A DNA stretch of 64,000 nucleotides, from NCBI GenBank assembly GCA_044376115.1, contig JBILLK010000019.1:128001-192000 (forward strand), in the 5' to 3' direction. A model generated the notes under the pieces. It was given only the letters and a program-made list of their open reading frames with translations. It ran no database searches and was not told where the DNA came from. The DNA is from Polyangiaceae bacterium (lineage in GTDB: Bacteria > Myxococcota_A > Polyangia > Polyangiales > Polyangiaceae). Positions 29,560 to 38,506 of the stretch are shown here, piece by piece. Within the stretch, counting starts at the first letter, position 1, and each line of letters starts with the position of its first letter. The position numbers and the translations under genes are program-made.

Positions 29560-30543
29560 TTGCGTACGGGCAACGGCTGTGGTCCGTTCTCGAAGGTGAA
29601 CAACGGCGGAACCGGACCTGGCGACTTCGGGGGTGGTACACGCGTGACCCATGCCGAACAGGTCGCCACGGCGCGCACGATGGTCGCAAGCCCTCCTCCG
29701 CTGGCCCCTCGGCGCACCGGCTCGCTGCTGATGCCGCTGGGAGTGAGCGGCGTTCTCGCGACGGTCTTCCTCGTCACTGGGCTCGCGCTTCAGCGTGGCC
29801 CGTTCTACGCGGCCATTCCCGGCGCGCCCTCCGTGGAAGCTGCCGAACCTCCCGTTCGGTTGAGCGCCGCTCCCTCGAGCCCTAGCGCCGCGGGTTCTGC
29901 TCGCGCACCGCGGTCAGCCGCGCCTGCGCTGAGCGTGGTGCCCGAGGTCAAGTCGAGCGCGGTTCCGGAAAACGTGACGGGCCCGGTGGACTCGCCGCCG
30001 ATGCGAGCGGCTCGCGCCGAGCTCGCAGACGCGATGAAGAAGGGAAACACCAAGCGCGCGACCGTGGCGCTCAAGGTTGTGCTCGCCCTGGACGTGAACT
30101 CGCTGGCCGACGCTGAGATACGGGAAACCACCTTGCAGCTCGCGCAAACGGCCAGTTTGATGCCGGAGCCTAACCCGAGCGAGTTCTTCGAGTTGCTCAA
30201 GGGTGACGGTGGGCCGCGCGGTCTCGACGTTCTTTACGAACTGGTGGCCAACAAGGGCGGGGCCCGCGCTTCCGTTGAAGCTGCCCGCGCTCTGAGAGAC
30301 CCAGCTGTCGTCGCTCGCGGAACACCCGCGTTTCAGATCGCTTGGGCGTTCCGCCAAGCCGAATCGTGCGAGGCAAAGCGGCCGCTCTTGAGCCGGGTCG
30401 CTGACGAAGGGGACCACCGAGCGCTGGGGCTGCTCGTGATCGCCAAACAGCGTTGCAAGCGTGGTGGCCCAAGCTGTTGTGATTTCAAGGGCGCAGACGT
30501 GGATCAAGCCTTTGATAAGCTGAAGGCGCGCCTGGGCAATTGA
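29560..30543 (+). CDS. Hypothetical single-pass membrane protein with Pro/Ala linker and helical Cys-containing extracytoplasmic domain
   Basis: TM LLMPLGVSGVLATVFLVTGLAL; low-complexity linker; start codon uncertain. Confidence 0.65.
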   Translation: MRTGNGCGPFSKVNNGGTGPGDFGGGTRVTHAEQVATARTMVASPPPLAPRRTGSLLMPLGVSGVLATVFLVTGLALQRGPFYAAIPGAPSVEAAEPPVRLSAAPSSPSAAGSARAPRSAAPALSVVPEVKSSAVPENVTGPVDSPPMRAARAELADAMKKGNTKRATVALKVVLALDVNSLADAEIRETTLQLAQTASLMPEPNPSEFFELLKGDGGPRGLDVLYELVANKGGARASVEAARALRDPAVVARGTPAFQIAWAFRQAESCEAKRPLLSRVADEGDHRALGLLVIAKQRCKRGGPSCCDFKGADVDQAFDKLKARLGN

Positions 30544-30551
30544 GGTTCAGC

Positions 30552-30595
30552 TTGACTGTTCATGGTTTGGTGGTATCTCGTACAAACCATGAACA
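30552..30595 (+). promoter_or_regulatory. sigma70-like promoter of the carotenoid operon overlapped by a perfect 13-bp inverted repeat (putative operator)
   Basis: TTGACT 30552-30557, 16 nt, TATCTC 30574-30579; arms TGTTCATGGTTTG 30557-30569 and CAAACCATGAACA 30583-30595. Confidence 0.65.
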
Positions 30596-31137
30596 ACTGG
30601 TTGCCTAAGTCCGTCATCCTCTCTGGTGCGCTCGGAGCGCTCTCCTTGCTGCCCGTTCGGCTCGACGCGGCGACGGTCGGCGAAGCTGCACCACAGGCCA
30701 AAGTCGTGGACGTCGATGACAAGGCGCTGTGGACTTCGGACCTCAAAGGCAGCACCGCCATCGTCTTTTACGAGGACAAAGACTCGGGTGAGCTCAACCG
30801 CGCGCTCAAAGATGAGCTCAAGAGCTTGATGGGCGAAGAGGGCATGGGCGGGATCCGCGTGGTTCCGGTCGCCGACGTCAGCGACTACAACAGCTGGCCT
30901 TCGCGCGGCTTCGTCAAAGACGCGGTGCGCGACGAGTCGAAGAAGGCCGGCGTGACCATCTATTGCGATTGGGACGCGTCCTACCGCAAAGCCTTCGACC
31001 TGTCGAAGGGCACGAGCAACGTGGTGGTGGTAGGCCGAGACGGCTTGGTGAAGGTCTCGACCAGCGGAGCGATCAAAGAGGCCCGCCGTAAGGCGATCCT
31101 CGAGGTTCTGCGCAACGACGTCGCCAAGAAGGACTAG
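30589..31137 (+). CDS. YtfJ/thioredoxin-like exported protein
   Basis: Signal peptide; IVFYEDKD...N..LK; IYCDWD.S.R..F.L..G.SNVVVVG.DG.V. Confidence 0.65.
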   Translation: MNNWLPKSVILSGALGALSLLPVRLDAATVGEAAPQAKVVDVDDKALWTSDLKGSTAIVFYEDKDSGELNRALKDELKSLMGEEGMGGIRVVPVADVSDYNSWPSRGFVKDAVRDESKKAGVTIYCDWDASYRKAFDLSKGTSNVVVVGRDGLVKVSTSGAIKEARRKAILEVLRNDVAKKD

Positions 31138-31191
31138 CTGCGCGACGCCGTTGTTCAACGTTGATCGAACCCTGCAGCGAGTCGAGGAATC

Positions 31192-32733
31192 ATGGATGGT
31201 AACGCGCGTGTGAGCAAAGTTGGCGACGGACAAGAGCGCTTGGAGTCTCGTCCCCACGCCGTGGTCATCGGCAGCGGCTTCGGTGGGCTAGCAGCCGCCG
31301 TGCGGCTCGGAGCGCGGGGCTACCGCGTGACGGTGCTCGAAAAGCTCGATGCACCGGGCGGTCGCGCCTACGTTCACAAGCAAGACGGCTTCGTGTTCGA
31401 CGCCGGGCCTACCGTGATCACCGCGCCGCAACTGTTCGAGGATCTGTGGGCGCTCGCCGGCCGAAAGCTGAGCGACGACATCGATCTGAGGCCAGTAACG
31501 CCGTTCTACCGCATCCTGTTCGAAGATGGAGAGACCTTCGACTACACCGGCGACGCCGCTGACATGGATAGGCAGATAGCGCGCCTGTGCCCGTCCGACG
31601 TCGCGGGCTATCACCGCTTCCTCGAGATGAGCGAGAAGATCTTCGCCGTCGGCTTCGAGAAGCTCGCCCACGTTCCTTTTGGCAGCGTGATGGATATGGC
31701 GCGCATCGTCCCGGCGATGATGAAGCTCGCCAGCTATCGCACGGTCTACAGCTTGGTGGCGAAGTACGTCAAAGACGACAAGCTGCGGCAGGTGATGAGC
31801 TTTCATCCGCTGCTCGTCGGTGGAAACCCGTTCTCCACCACCTCGATCTACACGTTGATCGCCTTCCTCGAGCGCAAGTGGGGCGTGCACTTCCCGATGG
31901 GTGGTACCGGCGCGCTGATTCGCGGATTGATATCGCTGATCGAAGGGCAAGGAGGCTCGGTGCGGCTCAACGCCCCGGTTCGCAAGATCCTGGTCGACGC
32001 GGGTGAGGCCCGCGGTGTGGAGCTCGAGTCGGGCGAGAAAATCAGCTCCAGCATCGTCGTGTCCAACGCAGACGCCGCCTGGACCTATCGCTACCTGGTG
32101 GACGGTGAGCACCGAACCAAGTGGACCGACCGCAAGATCGATCGCTCGCGTTTCTCGATGGGACTATTCGTCTGGTACTTCGGCACCAAGCGCAAGTACG
32201 AGAACTGCGCGCACCACACCATCTTGCTGGGGCCGCGTTACAAGGGCTTGCTCGACGACATCTTCGAGAACCACGTGCTCGCGGAGGACTTCAGCCTGTA
32301 CTTGCACCGGCCAACGGCAACCGATCCGTCGCTGGCGCCCGAGGGCTGTGACGGCTTCTACGTACTCTCGCCGGTGCCGAATCTGCTCTCCGGCACCGAT
32401 TGGGACCGTCAGGCTGAACTGTATCGGAAAAAGATTGAGCGCAAGCTCGAGGAGACGCTGCTGCCCGGCCTCTCCGACGCCATCATCTCCTCGCGTGTGA
32501 CCACGCCCCAGGAGTTTCAGGATCGGCTAGCGAGCTATCGCGGTGCAGCCTTTGGTTTTGAGCCGGTGCTCACGCAGAGCGCCTACTTCCGGCCGCACAA
32601 CCGCAGCGAGGACATCAAGAACCTGTTCTTGGTGGGCGCTGGCACCCATCCGGGAGCCGGGGTGCCCGGAGTGCTGTCTTCGGCCAGGGTGCTTGATACC
32701 GTGGTTCCGGATGCCCAGCACTTCGTCAAATAG
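31192..32733 (+). CDS. crtI: Phytoene desaturase
   Basis: VIGSGFGGLAAAVRL, PGGRAYV, FDAGPTVITAP, DFSLYLHRPT.TDPS.AP, LVGAGTHPGAGVPGVLSSA. Confidence 0.97.
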   Translation: MDGNARVSKVGDGQERLESRPHAVVIGSGFGGLAAAVRLGARGYRVTVLEKLDAPGGRAYVHKQDGFVFDAGPTVITAPQLFEDLWALAGRKLSDDIDLRPVTPFYRILFEDGETFDYTGDAADMDRQIARLCPSDVAGYHRFLEMSEKIFAVGFEKLAHVPFGSVMDMARIVPAMMKLASYRTVYSLVAKYVKDDKLRQVMSFHPLLVGGNPFSTTSIYTLIAFLERKWGVHFPMGGTGALIRGLISLIEGQGGSVRLNAPVRKILVDAGEARGVELESGEKISSSIVVSNADAAWTYRYLVDGEHRTKWTDRKIDRSRFSMGLFVWYFGTKRKYENCAHHTILLGPRYKGLLDDIFENHVLAEDFSLYLHRPTATDPSLAPEGCDGFYVLSPVPNLLSGTDWDRQAELYRKKIERKLEETLLPGLSDAIISSRVTTPQEFQDRLASYRGAAFGFEPVLTQSAYFRPHNRSEDIKNLFLVGAGTHPGAGVPGVLSSARVLDTVVPDAQHFVK

Positions 32734-33661
32734 CGCAGAGGCTGCCGACCTCGCAACCTGCCGTGAGATCCTGAGCCGCGGCTCGAAGAGCTTCGCGCTG
32801 GCCTCACGGCTACTCCCGGCGCGGCTGCGCGATTCGTCGGCGGCGCTGTATGCCTTCTGCAGGGTGGCTGACGACGCAGTGGATGAGGACGCCTCGCGCG
32901 CGGATTCGGCCTTGGCCGATCTCCGGCGCAGGCTCGCCGGTATCGAGCGTGATCGGCCGGACGAGCACCCTGTGGACCGCGCTCTCGCGCGCGTGGTGGC
33001 GGCAACTGCGCTGCCGATCGGTCCGCTCGAGGCGCTGCTCGAGGGCTTCGAGTGGGACGTCAAAGGGCGCCATTACCAGACGATGGAGGACGTATTCGCT
33101 TACGGCGCTCGGGTGGCCGGCACGATTGGCGTCTTGATGACGGTGCTGATGGGGCGTCGCGAGCCGCACGTGCTCGCCCGAGCCTGCGATCTTGGCGTCG
33201 CCATGCAGCTCACCAACATCGCGCGCGACGTCGGGGAAGACGCTCGCAATGGGCGGCTCTATCTACCGCGGACCGAGCTACTTGCGCTCGGGATCGAGCC
33301 GGAGGCTTGGCTGCGCGAGCCGCGCTTCTCGCCCGAGATCGAGCAGCTGGTGCGCCGGCTGATGAGCGAAGCGGAGCTGCTTTACGCCCGCTCTGACTCG
33401 GGCGTGCCGCTGCTGCCGGCCGATTGCCGTTTGCCCATCCGCGCGGCTCGCTTGGTTTACTCAGATATCCACCGCTCGATTATTGCCAATCACTACGACA
33501 CTGTGAGCCAGCGGGCTTATACGAGTAAGGCGCGTAAGCTCTATTTGATAGCGAAGGCGTTCTTTCGCGGATTGCTGCAGGCTCGCTCGCCGGAGCTCGA
33601 GCAGGCGCCCCCGCTCGAGGCTGTCCGCTTCTTGTGCCAAGGAACGCCCAATGAGTCGTAG
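32711..33661 (+). CDS. crtB: Phytoene synthase
   Basis: GSKSFALAS, LYAFCRVADDAVD, VAGTIG, LGVAMQLTNIARDVGEDA..GRLYLP; ATG 32711 overlaps the crtI end. Confidence 0.96.
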   Translation: MPSTSSNSAEAADLATCREILSRGSKSFALASRLLPARLRDSSAALYAFCRVADDAVDEDASRADSALADLRRRLAGIERDRPDEHPVDRALARVVAATALPIGPLEALLEGFEWDVKGRHYQTMEDVFAYGARVAGTIGVLMTVLMGRREPHVLARACDLGVAMQLTNIARDVGEDARNGRLYLPRTELLALGIEPEAWLREPRFSPEIEQLVRRLMSEAELLYARSDSGVPLLPADCRLPIRAARLVYSDIHRSIIANHYDTVSQRAYTSKARKLYLIAKAFFRGLLQARSPELEQAPPLEAVRFLCQGTPNES

Positions 33662-35078
33662 CGCCGCTGATAAGGTTCGTGAGGCGGGTGGAGAGGCTCT
33701 GCTCGAGCGGCTGCTGTTTTTGGACCAACTCACGGCGGGAGCAAAGTCGCCGGGCGCGACCCAGCCGATCGCCAGCGATGGCAGTCTCGACTTCGACGTC
33801 GTTTTGCTCGGTGGCGGCTTGTCGCTCGTGTACGCGCCGCTCTTGGCTGACGCTGGCTTCCGCGTGGCGGTGGTCGAGCGCTCGCGCGCGGGTGTGGCTC
33901 ACCGCGAGTGGAACGCGAGCCGGGCCGAGCTGCAGGTGCTGGTGGATAACAAGCTGGTGACGGCCGCTGAACTCGATCAGGAGCTGATCGTCGCTCAATA
34001 CGATTACGGCATCTTTCGCTGGCACGGCGCGGGTGAACAACGCGTCAACAACGTGCTCGATTGCGCGCTTGATGCAGGGCCGCTACTCGCCAAAGTGCGT
34101 GAGCGCGCCGAGGCCAAAGGCGTTGTCTTCTTCGACCATTGTTCGGTCCACGGCGAGACCGCCAATCAATACGGCGTAGCGCTGGCGTTGCGCGGAGAGT
34201 CTTGTCCGGCGCGTCTAACCGCCCGTGTGGTGGTGGACGGGCGGGGCTCTGCGAGCCCTTACGCCGCCGCCGATCTGATTTGTCCGACGGTGGGCGGCGT
34301 ACTGCAGGGTCTCGAGGTGGGGGACGGCCCCAAACAAATCCAGCCGAACGTTGGCGAGATCCTGGTCACCACCGAGGGTATTCAAGCCGGGCGGCAACAC
34401 CTTTGGGAAGCGTTCCCCGGTCGGCCCGGCGATACCACCGTATATTTGTTTTATTATGCAGAGGCCCACACGCGGAGGCCTGGCGCTCTGCTCGATCTCT
34501 ACGCCCGCTTCTTCGACACCCTCGGCAGCTACAAGGCAGGGGAGGCGAGGTTATTGCGCCCGACCTTCGGCTTCATTCCTGGCTGGACGCGCCTCAGCCC
34601 TGGGCCGAACTCGGGCCACCCGCGGATCGTGCTGGTCGGGGATGCCGGTGCGCGCCATTCCCCATTAACGTTTTGCGGCTTCGGCGCGACGTTGCGAGCG
34701 TTGCCGCAGATCGTACCGGTGGTGGAGGCTGCGATGCAGGGCGTGGTACGAAGCTTCGACGAGGCCTCGGTGCACCGCGGCACCGGCGCGCTGGCGATGC
34801 TGCTCGCTCGCCCGCCCAGCGGCGCGCGCCAAGCGAACGATTGGAACGAGCTTTTCGACGCGGCCTTCTCCACGCTCGAGAGCATGGGGCCCGAGCCGTT
34901 TCAGCGGCTGCTTCGCGACGAGATGGGCGAGGCCGAGTTCATTCGCTTTTTGACTCGCACCTCGGTCAAACGGCCGCGCGTCTATCTCGATGTAGCGCGG
35001 CAGTTGGGCTTGGGCCGCACCATGCGCTGGGGCGCAGGGCTGTTTGGCCCGGCGGCCTTCCGCTCGTCGTTGGGGTGA
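33651..35078 (+). CDS. CruA/CruP-type (FixC-like flavoprotein) lycopene cyclase
   Basis: FDVVLLGGG, REWNASRAEL, ICPTVGG, GEIL.T, Q..WEAFP, YLFYY, FGFIPG, VGDA..RHSPLTFCGFG; coupled to crtB. Confidence 0.75.
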   Translation: MSRSAADKVREAGGEALLERLLFLDQLTAGAKSPGATQPIASDGSLDFDVVLLGGGLSLVYAPLLADAGFRVAVVERSRAGVAHREWNASRAELQVLVDNKLVTAAELDQELIVAQYDYGIFRWHGAGEQRVNNVLDCALDAGPLLAKVRERAEAKGVVFFDHCSVHGETANQYGVALALRGESCPARLTARVVVDGRGSASPYAAADLICPTVGGVLQGLEVGDGPKQIQPNVGEILVTTEGIQAGRQHLWEAFPGRPGDTTVYLFYYAEAHTRRPGALLDLYARFFDTLGSYKAGEARLLRPTFGFIPGWTRLSPGPNSGHPRIVLVGDAGARHSPLTFCGFGATLRALPQIVPVVEAAMQGVVRSFDEASVHRGTGALAMLLARPPSGARQANDWNELFDAAFSTLESMGPEPFQRLLRDEMGEAEFIRFLTRTSVKRPRVYLDVARQLGLGRTMRWGAGLFGPAAFRSSLG

Positions 35079-35152
35079 GGTTCGGTCCGTACTCGCACGG
35101 ATGTTGCCAGGCTTCGTTCAACCTTTGTCAGCCGGTGCCGTATGCAATAGCG

Positions 35153-35707
35153 GTGTCTCGCGAGGTCATTCCTACGGTGGTGTATGAAGACCGCTGCTGC
35201 ATGGTGGCGACGTGGGAGGGGTTCGTGTTTCCGGTCATGGGCAGTCGCTTGTTGCCCGTGGCAAGCGTGCGTAACGAGGTCCGCGTGATGGTGGCGCACG
35301 GTGCGCACGTGGGTCGCGGAAAGCTCGGAGAAATCACCTTGATCGCGACCGACGCACCGCTGCCCGAGGCCGAAACTCGCAGCGCGTTCGACGATGGCGT
35401 GCCTCTTCTCGCCGAGTACTACGGCAGTGTTTCAGCGGTCTACGATGCGGTCGGCTTTCGTGGGGCGATGGTGCGCGGCATGCTCACGTCGTTTCAATTG
35501 CTCAGTCGTCAGCCGTTTCCCCAGAAGGTCTTCTCACGCGTTCGGGAAGCCGCGGAGTGGTCGTTTTCGCACGCCAAGGCTTGTGGTGGCATGGGAGTAA
35601 GCTCGGCCGAGGAGCTGCACGAGGCTCTCCGTTGGTTGCGTCGGTACGCGCTCTCGCGGGGGATCTTCACCGCGCAAGAGTCGATTGGCGCGCCGCTCTC
35701 CGGTTAA
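35153..35707 (+). CDS. Myxobacterial hypothetical protein (STAS/SEC14-like)
   Basis: Only the 3' part of the 522-aa track ORF looks coding; P.AE.R, GFRGAMVRG.L, P.KVF motifs. Confidence 0.55.
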   Translation: MSREVIPTVVYEDRCCMVATWEGFVFPVMGSRLLPVASVRNEVRVMVAHGAHVGRGKLGEITLIATDAPLPEAETRSAFDDGVPLLAEYYGSVSAVYDAVGFRGAMVRGMLTSFQLLSRQPFPQKVFSRVREAAEWSFSHAKACGGMGVSSAEELHEALRWLRRYALSRGIFTAQESIGAPLSG

Positions 35708-37221
35708 GGCTGCCTGCTCACTCGGCGTCTGAACAGGCCGAGAAGGTAATATGCGACCAACAGCGCGAGGCCGGTGGGCGTAAGAACGATCAGCCCATGC
35801 AAGGTCGGTCCGAGGTCCGTGCCGGCGAGGGCGTAGCGCAGTCCGAGCCCGAGACCGACCGCCCCAACGCTGGCCGCGCCGAGCTTCAGCCACGGGATCG
35901 ACGCGAGGCCGGTCTCCCCGAACAGTTGGCTGACGCGACGAGCGAGCAAACTGGCTTCGACCACCCCGCCGAGTACCGCCCCAAGCACCACACCCTCGAC
36001 GCTGAACCAACGCATGAGCACGAGCGAGCCGGCCGTAGAGACCACCACCCGAACGGTCGCCAGGCGGGCAGGGGAGCGCGTGTCGCCGGCCGCATAACAG
36101 GCGGTGCTCATCATCCGACCGAGCGCATTGGCGAGCAGGCCCAGCCCATAGATCGATAGAACCGAGGCCACGCGCCTGGTCGCCTGGGCATCGAAGGCGC
36201 CACGCTCAAATAGTAATCCAACGACCTCGTTCGATAGTGCGATAAAAACCAGCGCAGCTCCGAGCCCGAGGCCTGCGACCCGGCGCAGCGCTGGGCCCAT
36301 CGTCTCGCCCAGCGACTTTCGCTGAGCCCCCGCAAGCGACGGCAAAAGCGCCGCCGCCTCACCAGTGCCGAGCACCGCCATGGGCAGCAAATAGGCGGTC
36401 TGCGCGTTCTGAAAGGTCGAGAGCGCGCCGGCTCCGAGCAAGGTGACGAGCGAGGTGTCCACCAGGCCGGAGAGCTGCATCACGCCGCGTCCGAGCAAGG
36501 TGGAGGGCACTCGCGCGAGCGTGCGCCGCAAGCGCGCTCCGCTGAAGTCGAAGCTCGGCTTGAGGCTGTGCAGCCAGCGCCGCGTCGGCCAAGAAAGGAA
36601 GGCCAGCTGCAGCGCCGCACCGGCGATGGCGCCGAACATCAACGAGCGCGCCAGCTCCGCGCTGTTTTCGATCCCAGCGATGCGAGCGCCCACCAGCGCG
36701 ACGATCTGCGCGGCGCTCCATAACACCGGCGCTGTGTAGGCGAGCAGGAAGCGCTTGTGCGCCGAGAGGATGGCCAGCGCCCAGGCCGAGAGCACCAAAA
36801 GGGCAGTCATCGGGAAGGCGATGCGGGTGAGCTCGATCGCGAGCTCGCGCGCTTCTCCCTCGATGCCGGCGGCAAACAGGCTGGTTAGCTGCGGCGTGAG
36901 CAGCATGCCCAAGGCCGAGAGCCCGACCACGGCCAGGCAGAGCGCACCGAGGGCGCCGCGTGCGAGCTCGGCTGCCGCGAGCGGATCTTCGTCTTTGGCC
37001 TGCACATATTCGGGCACCAGCGACGCCGAGATGGCGCCTTCCCCGACTAAGTTCTGTGCGACGTTACCGATGCGAAAGGCCGCAACGACAGCGTCGGAGA
37101 CGGCTCCAACGCCGAGCACGTGAGCGATCACCGCCTGCCTGGCGAAGCCAGCCACCCGCGAAGCAACGATGCCGAGGGTGACGGCCAATGCGCCAGAAGC
37201 TCGCGGAGGGCGCGCCGACAT
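35704..37221 (-). CDS. murJ: Lipid II flippase MurJ (MviN)
   Basis: SRVAGFARQ, DA..AAFRI.N...L.GEGAIS, LP..VLG, LFERGAF, YA.GDTRSP. Confidence 0.93.
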   Translation of the reverse strand: MSARPPRASGALAVTLGIVASRVAGFARQAVIAHVLGVGAVSDAVVAAFRIGNVAQNLVGEGAISASLVPEYVQAKDEDPLAAAELARGALGALCLAVVGLSALGMLLTPQLTSLFAAGIEGEARELAIELTRIAFPMTALLVLSAWALAILSAHKRFLLAYTAPVLWSAAQIVALVGARIAGIENSAELARSLMFGAIAGAALQLAFLSWPTRRWLHSLKPSFDFSGARLRRTLARVPSTLLGRGVMQLSGLVDTSLVTLLGAGALSTFQNAQTAYLLPMAVLGTGEAAALLPSLAGAQRKSLGETMGPALRRVAGLGLGAALVFIALSNEVVGLLFERGAFDAQATRRVASVLSIYGLGLLANALGRMMSTACYAAGDTRSPARLATVRVVVSTAGSLVLMRWFSVEGVVLGAVLGGVVEASLLARRVSQLFGETGLASIPWLKLGAASVGAVGLGLGLRYALAGTDLGPTLHGLIVLTPTGLALLVAYYLLGLFRRRVSRQP

Positions 37222-37375
37222 AGCGAGACCTTGGTCCGGCCTTGGGCCTTGGCGCAAGTTTTGTTCAGCTGTGCGATGGTGTGACAGCGGTGTGCCTGGC
37301 GAGTGGAGATTCAAGCTCCGACGCTTGGGGAACCGTGATAAAAGGGAAACCTCTTTGCGTGTCCGCACGGCCACG

Positions 37376-38431
37376 ATGTCGCTTCCTCCCTCGAGTCCGA
37401 GCCCCACGGCGGGCCTTCACAGCAGACCAGCTCCGGCTGGCAAGCCAGGGGATCGTTTCGCCTTGCACCAAGAGCTGTCGATCTGTCTCGTGGACATGAA
37501 TGCCGGCCACGTGAACCAGGCCATGCGCTGCTTTCGCGGCATCATGACTGCGTTCTTTGACCGCGTTCGCAAAGAGAACCCCGGGCTCTCCTGCCGCCTG
37601 ACCGAGGTATCCCCGCGGGACACCCAAAACCCGATCCCGCGGGATTGCGACTTCTACATCGGTTCGGGCGGCCCTGGCTCTCCCTACGATGGCGATGACG
37701 AGCCGTGGTTCGCCGACTTCGGCAACTTCATGGACTGGGTCTACGGTGAGGCCGGTCGCAACGACGAGCACCAGAAGAGCTTCTTCGGCGTCTGTTACAC
37801 CTACGAGTTGTTGGTCCGCCATTTTGACGTGTGCGAGATGACCACGCGGGATAGCCGCAAGTTCGGCGTGATGCCGATCTACACCACGCCCTACGGTCAA
37901 AAGCACTCGTTGCTCGCGCCCTTCCGGGATCGCTTGTTCGCCTTCGAGCACCGCAATTGGGAGGCCGTCGAGGTCAAAGCCAAGAAGGTGGAAGAGCTCG
38001 GTGGTGGCGTATTGGCGCTCGAGAGTCGGGACGGCCATTCCAAGGGCCGCGGGCTGCTCGGCTTCGACTTCGGTCGCGGCGTTGAAGCGGTGCAGTTTCA
38101 CCCCGAGGCTGACCGCGCGGGCGTGATGAGCTGGGTGGCTCGGCCGGAGCAGGCCGCAGCGTTCCGCGCGACCTACGGTGAAGACACCTACCAGGCGATG
38201 TTGCGTACGCTCGATGATCCGAACCGGCTCGCGCGCACCTTCGCGCTCGTGATTCCAGGCTTCTTGCAGCGGCGCTTCAACCTGCTTGCGGCCCAACGTG
38301 GCTACGCGCCGATCTCGGAGCCGTCGGCGGAGGACATCGCTGCGGCCTTCGCGGGGGAGCCTCCTACCTCGCCTGAGGCGCCCCACTCGGTCGCGGCGCC
38401 TCCTTCTCCGTCGCCTTCGGCGAACTTGTAG
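37376..38431 (+). CDS. Class I glutamine amidotransferase-like protein
   Basis: SGGPGSP, nucleophile FGVCY, QFHPEAD His-Glu. Confidence 0.85.
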   Translation: MSLPPSSPSPTAGLHSRPAPAGKPGDRFALHQELSICLVDMNAGHVNQAMRCFRGIMTAFFDRVRKENPGLSCRLTEVSPRDTQNPIPRDCDFYIGSGGPGSPYDGDDEPWFADFGNFMDWVYGEAGRNDEHQKSFFGVCYTYELLVRHFDVCEMTTRDSRKFGVMPIYTTPYGQKHSLLAPFRDRLFAFEHRNWEAVEVKAKKVEELGGGVLALESRDGHSKGRGLLGFDFGRGVEAVQFHPEADRAGVMSWVARPEQAAAFRATYGEDTYQAMLRTLDDPNRLARTFALVIPGFLQRRFNLLAAQRGYAPISEPSAEDIAAAFAGEPPTSPEAPHSVAAPPSPSPSANL

Positions 38432-38506
38432 AGCGTCAAAAATCTGACTTTTCTTCGGGCTTTGGCGCCTGTTGCAGACTCATCCGCGTTCGAATACACC
38501 AGCGGG

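Noticed and set aside
34139..35152. Long 522-aa ORF overlapping the cyclase
   Set aside because: Shadow frame of the cruA-like gene; only the part from about 35153 looks like a protein
37250..37264. TGGCGC-AAGTT-TTGT, a possible sigma54 promoter for the amidotransferase
   Set aside because: The -12 element reads GT rather than GC; too weak to call
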